Assembly (NCBI RefSeq): GCF_006345805.1
Contig: NW_021829028.1
Coordinates: 1-6,898, forward strand
DNA: 6,898 bases
Origin: Octopus sinensis
Lineage: Eukaryota
Reading direction: 5' to 3'
The notes below the pieces were generated by a model. The model saw nothing but the letters and a program-made list of their open reading frames with translations. It searched no databases and was not told the DNA's origin. Positions 1-6,578 of the stretch are shown here, one piece after another (position 1 is the first letter of the stretch; the number at the start of each line of letters is the position of its first letter). Made by a program: the position numbers and the translations under genes.

Positions 1-199
1 CTATTTAAAAAACTTTAAGTACATTTCATATTAATTGGATTTTCTTTCCTGCTACAGTGAAATTAAACAAAATCAAAATTTGAGGGATAAAATAACAAGA
101 ATAAGAATGTGATATCTCAATTCTTATCTAAACATTTAAAATATATTAATATCTATATAGTAATATGCTTTCACATATTATTTAACTATAAAGTTAAAT

Positions 200-313
200 T
201 GTTCACACACTATCTATCTAGATAGTCAACATGTTCATACTCCATATAGTTAACATGTTCACACAATATCTGTCTATGCAGTTAATGTTCACACAATATG
301 ACACACTACCTAG
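200..313. repeat. Degenerate ~24-32 bp tandem repeat (TGTTCACACA..TATCTATCTAG..GTCAACA-like units)
   Basis: TGTTCA(C/T)AC recurs four times (~200, 232, 256, 286) with TATCTATCTA/TAGT(C/T)AACA variants in between; related to units at 765-924 and 1325-1610. Confidence 0.55.
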
Positions 314-345
314 AGCTGTGAAATCTTACATAAATTTCAACAACG

Positions 346-443
346 ATCATCATTATCATCAACATCATCACCACCACCACAAAAACCGCTACCACCACCA
401 CCACCACCATCATTATCATCATCACTGTCATCATTGACATCAT
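346..443. repeat. (CAT/CAC)n trinucleotide microsatellite
   Basis: Direct reading; it produces the poly-His in ORF 231..437. Confidence 0.92.
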
Positions 444-620
444 AATTTTGCATCTGCTTTCCACATTGATATGATTTCGATAGTCTGAGAGAATCCAAGA
501 ATTCAGATGACTATGTCTCGCTCCAGTGTTTCAGTTTCGACATGGATTCTACTAATGGATACCATTCTCATACCAACCATTTTACAGAGTGTACTGGATG
601 TTTTTTTTCCATGCTACTGG
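346..620 (-). mobile_element. Decayed retroposon (SINE/LINE) 3' end with (GAT)n tail
   Basis: 545-578 (GATTCTACTAATGGATACCATTCTCATACCAACC) and 447-465 resemble the reverse complement of the 3' part of the element at 4700-5101 (4986-5020 and 5045-5075). Both end in a GAT array in the same relative position. The boundary near 620 is uncertain. Confidence 0.55.
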
Positions 621-764
621 CATTAATGGGGTCATTTTGCAACTCATAGGATGAAAGAACTTCTACCACTGAAAGAGCTGATAAGAGAATGATTACTTTC
701 AGTGAGATGTGTATCTTTCAACACCTACATATTGATTCTATTCTTTTAACAATGATGTTCAATA

Positions 765-924
765 AATATCTATACAGCCATCATCTACTTACACTGTTTA
801 TCTGAATGCCTAGTCACCACCTACACACTGTGTATTACTTAGTATCCAGTCAACATCTTACTGTGTCTATCCAATCGACATCCACACGCTATGTCTCTCT
901 TTCCAATCAACATCAACATAATTA
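765..924. repeat. Degenerate minisatellite, left block (consensus ~TATCTATCYAGTCAACATCTACACACWGT)
   Basis: About five units, e.g. TATCCAGTCAACATCTTACTGTG, TCTATCCAATCGACATCCACAC, TTCCAATCAACATCAACA. Confidence 0.65.
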
Positions 925-1323
925 GGTGCAGGTGTGACTGTGTGGTAAGAAGCTTGCTTCCCAAAAACATGGTTCCAGGTTAAGTCACACTGCATGACAC
1001 TTCAGGCAAGTGTCTTCTATTGTAGTGTTCCTTGGGCCAACCAAAGCTTTGTGAGGCAGAAACTAAAAGAAGCCCATTGTATGTATGTGTTTGGTGTGTG
1101 TGTATGTGCATATGTGTGTGTGTCTATATTTGTCCCCCACCACAACTTGACAACCAGTATTGGTGTGTTTATGCCCTTGTAACATAGCAGTTTGGCTTTA
1201 AAAAACAGAAAATAAATTCTGGTATTGATTCATTGGACTAAAAATTCTTCAAGGCACTGCCCAGCATGGCCACAGTCCAATGACTGAAACAAGTAAAAAT
1301 TAAAAAGATGAAAAAATAAAAAA
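925..1323 (+). mobile_element. tRNA-derived SINE, near full length (type 1, A-rich tail)
   Basis: A-box-like TGACTGTGTGGT (935-946), B-box-like GGTTAAGTCAC (978-988), central GGGCCAACCAAAGCTTTGTGAG..GAAACTAAAAGAAGCCC, internal TG tract, 3' module CCAGCATGGCCACAGTCCAATGACTGAAACAAGTAAAA, then an A-rich tail. Homologous to copies at 1945-2730, 4700-4860 and 6579-6864. Confidence 0.88.
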
Positions 1324-1324
1324 T

Positions 1325-1610
1325 GCTAAATCTGTCTACGTAACTAATAGTTAGCATCTACAAGCTGTATCTATCCAGTCCAACATTTTCCCATTGGGAA
1401 ATGGTCAACTTCTACACACACAGTTTCTCTATACAGTCAACAGTGATACAATATATCTACCTATCTAGTCAACGCCTACACAGTATGGTTTTCAATTCAC
1501 TCAGTATGGGACATTATAACTATCTCACTATCCAATCAGAACATACTTATCCAGCTAGCATCTACTTCTTACATATTGTGTCTACATAATCTATCTATCT
1601 ATTCAGTCAA
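1325..1610. repeat. Degenerate minisatellite, right block
   Basis: Units such as TATCTATCCAGTCCAACAT, TCTCTATACAGTCAACAG, TACCTATCTAGTCAACGCCTACACAG, TATCCAGCTAGCATCTAC, TATCTATTCAGTCAA. Confidence 0.65.
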
Positions 1611-1623
1611 TATATATATATAC

Positions 1624-1673
1624 ACTTCTTCACCCTCTCTTCTCTCCCCTCCTTCTCTTTCTCTCTCTCTCTT
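1624..1673. repeat. Pyrimidine (CT-rich) tract
   Basis: Direct reading; flanked by short TA runs. Confidence 0.8.
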
Positions 1674-1864
1674 TAAATATATATACATATATGAGATTTT
1701 ACAAAGACTACTTGAGACAGTCATATTTGACAAAAGATTTCCTTAAAATTATCAACTATTTAAAAAAGTCATGAAGACCAAACAAACGACACAAACATTT
1801 TGGAAGGATGTTTTCATATTGTGTAAGTGCTTTCGTTTTTGAATTTTTGAACACACATGTTTTA

Positions 1865-1867
<3 letters not shown>

Positions 1868-1902
<35 letters not shown>
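1868..1902. repeat. (TA)n microsatellite
   Basis: Perfect AT alternation over 35 nt. Confidence 0.95.
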
Positions 1903-1906
<4 letters not shown>

Positions 1907-1944
1907 ATCCAAACAAGAAAACACAACAACGCGGGGACAAATAT

Positions 1945-2100
1945 ATGGCTGTGTCATAAGAAGCTTGCTTCCTAACTATATGATTCCAGGTTCAGTGCCA
2001 CTGCATGGCACCTTGAGCAAGTGTCTTCTATTTAGCCTTGAGATGACCAAAGCCTTATGAGTGAATTTGGTAGACAGAAACTGAAAGTATCTCATCGTAT
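1945..2100 (+). mobile_element. tRNA-derived SINE, 5' half (head plus central domain)
   Basis: TGGCTGTGTC..AAGAAGCTTGCTTCC, B-box-like GGTTCAGTGCC (1989-1999), CCTTGAGCAAGTGTCTTCTA, GACCAAAGCCTTATGAGTGAATTTGGTAGACAGAAACTGAAAG; aligns with 935-1080. Confidence 0.88.
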
Positions 2101-2163
2101 TTGATTGATTTTGATTTTTCCAGTTTCAGCCTTATGAGCTGTGGCCATGCTGGGGCACCGCCA
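2101..2163 (-). mobile_element. Isolated SINE-type 3' tail module, inverted
   Basis: The reverse complement reads GGCGGTGCCCCAGCATGGCCACAGCTCATAAGGCTGAAACTGGAAAAATCAAAATCAA. 2139-2162 matches the reverse complement of 2673-2696 at 22/24. Confidence 0.8.
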
Positions 2164-2172
2164 TTTATATAA

Positions 2173-2250
<78 letters not shown>

Positions 2251-2255
2251 TATAT
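2164..2255. repeat. Imperfect (TA)n tract, A/T only
   Basis: Direct reading. Confidence 0.95.
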
Positions 2256-2478
2256 CAAAAGGATGTGTTATAATACTATTCCACATATACAAAAACAGCC
2301 ATACCAACAATCCATCATACCTCCATCATCAGCTGCCCCACGGATATCATTGTGGTTTCAACACCTGGGCAGTACCATTCAATCTGGCAGTGTCAACAGC
2401 ACTAAAATAAATGTTGTTTGGGAACAAACATACCAAAGAAACCACAACTTTCAAACACATTTACCCTATGTACAACAG

Positions 2479-2731
2479 TATCACTATGTATATGTTCATG
2501 TGTGAGTGTCTTTGTGGCTGTGTTTGAAACCCCACCACTGTTGCTTGACATCCGATACTGGTGTATTTACATACCTGTAACTTAGCAGTTTGGCAAAAGA
2601 TACTGATAGAATAAGCAGTAGGCTTACAAAGAATAAGTTCTGGGGTCGATTTCTTCAACTAAAACCTTTTAAGGCAGTGCTCCAGCATGGCCACAGTCAA
2701 ATGACAGAAACAAACAAAAGAAAGAAAGAAA
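2479..2731 (+). mobile_element. tRNA-derived SINE, 3' half (type 1 tail)
   Basis: TG tract, CCCCACCAC..GCTTGACA..GTAACTTAGCAGTTTGGCAAAAGA..GATAGAATAAG..CAAAGAATAAGTTCTGGGGTCGATTT..AAGGCAGTGCTCCAGCATGGCCACAGTCAAATGAC, then a (GAAA)n tail; aligns with 1085-1310. Confidence 0.88.
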
Positions 2732-3310
2732 CACTAAGAATACACATTATACCTTTATAGTTAAGTCTAATTAATTACCATCAATGGTATATTTGAATTT
2801 GAGAACAGGTTACCATAAGACTATCTGCATAGCCAAGTGTTATATAGCCAAGATTACCTTATCTACATCGTGTAGACTCTCATTATATTCTGATGGACTA
2901 AAACCTCAGCTCAACTCCTTAAGCATTGGAACTAAACAGCATAGAGCAATATGAGTAAGAAGGGTAGTGATGTCACCGAAGTGGTGAAGCAGAAGAGAAC
3001 AACATACTTTCACCAGTTACATACAGTTGGGTGGTTTGCAGCAATGGGTGCGTATACATACTTATATATGTGTACATACATACACTCACTCACACACACA
3101 CACATATATATATGTCTACATATCATGACCAACATCATACACTGGCAGTGCTCAGGGTGCCCTGCTGATATCAACAGCTTGATGCAATTTAGCAATCAAC
3201 ACTCACAGTGTGTGTTCTATGAAAAATAAACAAACAGATCTAGTCATATAGATATACGTTCTATCTTTCACGCCCTATCTTTCTCTCTCCCCCACCTTCT
3301 CTTTCCTACT

Positions 3311-3533
3311 TTGTGTATGTGTGTGTGTATGCATATACAGATATATTTATATATATTTGTACATAAATCTTAAATTTGATATATATGTATATACTCAGAT
3401 ATATGAATATATGAATATATTGAATTTATATATATATATACATATATATATATGAAAATATGTATTGAATTTATACGCACACAAACATACTCATAAATAT
3501 ATATACAAATATATGAAAATATGTATTAAATTA

Positions 3534-3560
<27 letters not shown>
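3311..3560. repeat. Compound TG/TA microsatellite with an embedded ~25-bp repeated unit (ATATATGAAAATATGTATTRAATT)
   Basis: Unit copies at 3448-3472 and 3509-3533, with a looser copy at 3399-3428. Confidence 0.8.
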
Positions 3561-3564
<4 letters not shown>

Positions 3565-3600
3565 CATTCATTTTATGTATAACATATGTATGAGCAAAGA

Positions 3601-3919
3601 TTTGAGCGAAGTCGAATCAAACATCAGAACCAACTTTGTGTAAACATGAAGGCACGCGGGCAAAATGCTGCTCCTCTAAATTGAAACCTTACCTATGATT
3701 GTGGTTTTGTGACACGAAGCAAAGCAGGCCTTGCCATCCACTTAAGAAAACACATACTGAATGATCCACAAGCACTCAAGCAAACCGAGTCCTCAACTTG
3801 TTTCACTTGACAAGAGGTTTAGACAAAGGAACACATTCATGTCCATAGAACATGGTTAATGCTTTATCTTACTGAACCCTCATTTGTTGTTCATGACAAG
3901 AAAATCCATCATATATATA
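3601..3919 (+). mobile_element. Decayed LINE ORF2 C-terminus and 3' end with C2H2-like zinc finger(s), probably RTE-clade
   Basis: Frame +1 from 3601 reads FERSRIKHQNQLCVNMKARGQNAAPLN*NLTYDCGFVTRSKAGLAIHLRKH..STCFT*QEV*TKEHIHVHRT. The FE-x2-R..basic..C-G-x2-x-RSKAGL-x2-H-x3-H layout resembles RTE-type ORF2 C-termini. It has in-frame stops and ends in a short UTR and a CATCATATATA tail. Confidence 0.55.
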
Positions 3920-4485
3920 TTGGGTTGTCCGGAAAGTTCGTACCGTTTATAGTAGCTTATCTTTCGACTTATTTTAGAACATGGTTGAGTCCATAAAACA
4001 GGATTTGGCTACACCTCCATTTAGAGCACAGTTTAGGCTATCTTTTTGTGGAAGAACGTTTATGTTCCTATAACCTGTGTTAATTCTGTAACCCTTTAAA
4101 ATGGAAGATAAGAAAGTTCATTTTTGGCACTTGATGCTTTGGGAACCAAACAAAAATTGCTGCAGCTCGGCTGGGATGTGTTACCCCCCACCCTCCATAT
4201 TCACTAGATATTGCTCCTTCAGATTTCATCTACTCAGGCTCTGCAGAATAGTCTTAATGGTAAAAATTTCAATTCCTTGGATGACATAAAAAGATACCTT
4301 GATGAATTCTTTGCCATGAAACCACCTCAATTCTGGGAAGAGGGTATTTTCAAGTTAAAGGAAAGATGGAGACACATTGTGCAATAAAATGGTTCATATT
4401 TGGTTGATTGAAAATGTAAGGGCAAGTATTTATTGACCTTTTTCTTTCCTTTAAAAATGGGCACGAACTTTCCGGCACGAACCAA
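3920..4485 (+). mobile_element. Non-autonomous mariner (Tc1/mariner, DD34D type), internally deleted, 566 bp
   Basis: Imperfect ~30-bp TIRs: TTGGGTTGTCCGGAAAGTTCGTACCGTTT (3920-3948) versus the reverse complement of 4455-4485, with a perfect 13-bp core at 3929-3941/4463-4475. TA on both sides (3918-19, 4486-87). Transposase remnants lie inside. Confidence 0.93.
4101..4411 (+). pseudogene. Mariner transposase pseudogene: N-terminal 15 codons fused to the C-terminal ~90 codons
   Basis: MEDKKVHFWHLMLWE (4101-4145), then across frameshifts LGTKQKLLQLGWDVLP/HPPYSLDIAPSD/HLLR/LQNSLNGKNFNSLDDIKRYLDEFFAMKPPQFWEEGIFKLKERWRHIVQ*NGSYLVD* (stop 4409-4411). HPPYS(P>L)D(L>I)APSD is the mariner YSPDL motif; it looks closest to the mellifera/cecropia type. 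Confidence 0.92.
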
Positions 4486-4585
4486 TACATATATATCAGA
4501 AAACAGAAATCTGGAAAGTGTTTTCCTATTAATTAATTACCATTACACATGTTTCATTTACTAATAGGAATCACAAAATTGAACT

Positions 4586-4614
4586 TGTTGCATGAACATG
4601 TTGCATGAACATGT
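4586..4614. repeat. 13-bp perfect tandem duplication (TGTTGCATGAACA x2.2)
   Basis: 4586-4598 is identical to 4599-4611; the unit is a near-palindrome. Confidence 0.85.
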
Positions 4615-4699
4615 CAGAAATTTCCTTTTAGAAATTCTTCAGGCAGAGAAAGAAACTTCTAAAAACCAATTAAGGCTGTTTGTTGTTTTTTTCAATTCC

Positions 4700-5101
4700 T
4701 GTAGAAATAGGTATATTTGACCTCCTAACTGCATTGTTTCAGGTTCAGTCTCACTGCGTGGCACTTTGAACAAGCTTTGTCTAAAATAGCCCTGGGCTGG
4801 CCAAGGACTTGTGAAAGGATTTGGTAGATGGAAACTGAAAGAAACCTGCATTTTATATTATGTGTGTGTCCATCTCCTTGTCTTGACATCATATGATTCT
4901 AGTAAATGAATGTCTTTTGTTTCCAATATTCTACGAAAATATGTTTGGCCATGGAATGATATTACCTTACTTGGAAATGGGGAAGGGTTGGCAAGAAAAA
5001 GGGAATCTGATCATAGAAAATATGCCTAAGTAAATTCTGTTTGACCATGCATGCATGGAAAAAAGGATGGTAGAATGATAACGATGATGATGATGATGAT
5101 G
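4700..5101 (+). mobile_element. tRNA-derived SINE, type 2 (same head and centre, different body, (GAT)n tail)
   Basis: B-box-like GGTTCAGTCTC (4742-4752), CACTGCGTGGCAC, GGATTTGGTAGATGGAAACTGAAAGAAACC shared with the other copies. From ~4870 the sequence diverges from type 1 and ends CATGGAAAAAAGGATG..(GAT)n. The 5' end is decayed. Confidence 0.8.
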
Positions 5102-5213
5102 GTACACATGCATATCTCAAAGAAGTATGGTGGGAAAACGGTGGGGTTTTGGGAAGGCAGTGATAATATTACCAGATAACTTTTCTACTGACAAATATGT
5201 TTGATTCATTCAG

Positions 5214-5271
5214 TTTCAAACTTATTGGCATCTTGTCAATGTCCCCTTCACTGAAGTAGTTGAACTAAAAG
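5214..5271 (+). CDS. Candidate internal coding exon (58 nt, phase 0 in, phase 1 out), FQTYWHLVNVPFTEVVELK; host gene unidentified
   Basis: Branch-site-like TACTGAC (5186-5192), acceptor TTTGATTCATTCAG (AG 5212-13), strong donor AAG|GTAAGA (GT 5272-73). Exactly one of the three frames is open and gives a complex, non-repetitive peptide. Confidence 0.6.
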
Positions 5272-5280
5272 GTAAGAAAT

Positions 5281-5406
5281 ACATTCATACATCCATACAC
5301 ACATATACATACATATATGTGTGTGTGTGTGTGTATGTGTGTGTATATGTGGTGTGTGTGTGTATGTATATATATATATATATATAATATATGTATGCAT
5401 ATGTGG

Positions 5407-5452
<46 letters not shown>

Positions 5453-5512
5453 ATATACACACAGAAAGAGAGTCTGAGAGAGAGAGAGAGAGAGAGAGAG
5501 AAGAGAGAGAGA
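5281..5512. repeat. Compound microsatellite (CA/CATA)-(TG)-(TA)-(GA)
   Basis: Direct reading; source of the ORFs annotated at 5248-5541. Confidence 0.95.
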
Positions 5513-5530
5513 GTAAGAGTAATGGACTGA

Positions 5531-5950
5531 GTGGGAGTTGAAGTGGAGTGAGTGGTAGGGTGGGTTGAAGTGGTTAGGGATGTGGTAGAGGTGGCAAAAA
5601 AACCTATGGGGAGTTGTTATATAAGTAAAATCAGTAGTGGTAATAGTGATGATGATGATGACGATTATGATATTTATGATGATGATGTTGAGGAGGATGA
5701 GTAGTGGGGACAATGACTCATAACTGTTCGTGATGATGATAATGCTGACAATCTTAATGAAGGCTATGATGATGATGCTTACAATGATAATGATGGTGAT
5801 AATAAGGGAGAGAAAGTAAAGGAAGAGGAGGAGGAGGATGGTGGAGAATAGGATGAGAATGGCTAGAATGATAATGAGTATTGTGGTGGCGATGACAAGA
5901 ATGAGGAGAGGAAGGAGGAGGAGGTGGAGAGGATCATAATGATATCACAT
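5531..5950. repeat. Degenerate trinucleotide (GTG/GAT/GAG/AAT) low-complexity tract
   Basis: 3-nt periodicity holds a single register, with in-frame stops at 5549, 5702, 5714, 5849 and 5864. Confidence 0.8.
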
Positions 5951-5959
5951 TAATATCTA

Positions 5960-6290
5960 TGATGTAAAAGATATTGAGAGAAGGAGGAGGAGGAGAAAGA
6001 AGTGGAGTGAGAGGAAGAAGAAGAGGAGCAAAGAAGAGTTAGCATGTAAATAAGTGTTATTAAGGGTAAAAGATTTGTGGAGTGGCAGCTGAAGAATTAA
6101 CTTGGATCTATAAAGAGCTTTTGAAGAGTGGAAGGTTAGGGAGAAATACAGAGGAGAGAGAGAGGGGGGAGAAAGAGACAGAGATATGGAAGGTGAAAGA
6201 GAAAGGAAGGGAAAGAGAAAGAGCAGAAGCCAGATTAGGAGAAGTAAAAGAAAGGCGCAGAAAACCACAAGAAAGAAAGTGTACTGGAAT
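5960..6290. repeat. Purine-rich (GA/GAG/GAA) low-complexity region
   Basis: Strong + strand purine bias; it creates the Leu/Phe/Ser-rich ORF 5957..6409 on -. Confidence 0.8.
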
Positions 6291-6309
6291 GACATTATCT
6301 GCATGGCTT

Positions 6310-6578
6310 GTGGTGTGTGTTTAATATTTATTTGTGAGCTTGTGTGTGTCTGTATGTGAGTGTGTACACACATACATACACACACAAACACACATACATA
6401 TATGTACATATATATATATATATAATATATATATATATATATGTATGTGTATGTACATATATATATATATATATATTATATGTTTAAATACATATAAACG
6501 TATATATTTGAATACATATGTATATGTACATACATACACATACACAGACAAATACATACATACATATATACATATCTA
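6310..6578. repeat. Compound (TG)/(CA)/(TA)/(CATA) microsatellite
   Basis: Direct reading; nearly continuous purine-pyrimidine alternation. Confidence 0.95.

Noticed and set aside
40-112. Acceptor-like TTTTCTTTCCTGCTACAG followed by a short open frame (EIKQNQNLRDKITRIRM*)
   Set aside because: No good donor, the frame closes at once, and the peptide is AT-biased and unrecognisable.
231-437. Poly-His ORF
   Set aside because: It is a minisatellite plus a (CAT/CAC)n retroposon tail; there is no evidence of a gene.
650-701. Possible 52-nt exon (CATAG|GATGAA..TTTCA|GTGAGA, DERTSTTERADKRMITF)
   Set aside because: Weak polypyrimidine tract and donor; it probably lies in the decayed body of the 346-620 repeat.
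925-1000. tRNA gene
   Set aside because: A/B-box-like motifs are present, but there is no cloverleaf and the sequence continues as SINE body.
1765-1944. Sequence flanking the (TA)n that recalls Penelope-like termini, with a hammerhead-like TGAAGA..AAAC trace
   Set aside because: The catalytic core and stems cannot be reconstructed, and the resemblance rests on memory only; it needs a Dfam/Repbase search.
3207-3216. Minus-strand 10-nt microexon pattern (TTTATTTTTCATAG|AACACACACT|GTGAGT)
   Set aside because: Not a multiple of three, opposite to the better-supported + exon, and such motifs arise by chance in AT-rich DNA.
2784-3229. Short ORFs (2784-2954, 2951-3229) and a 45-nt AG..GT segment at 2910-2954 ending in TGA
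   Set aside because: No recognisable domain, a weak acceptor, and the longer ORF runs through a CA/TA microsatellite.
4677-4716. Strong-looking acceptor followed by 6 nt (AAATAG) and GTATAT
   Set aside because: It would encode K-stop in the phase needed to join the 5214 exon, and it overlaps the decayed SINE head.
5574-6141. TTAGGG hexamers (5574, 6136) as interstitial telomere
   Set aside because: Isolated single copies, expected by chance in G/A-rich sequence.
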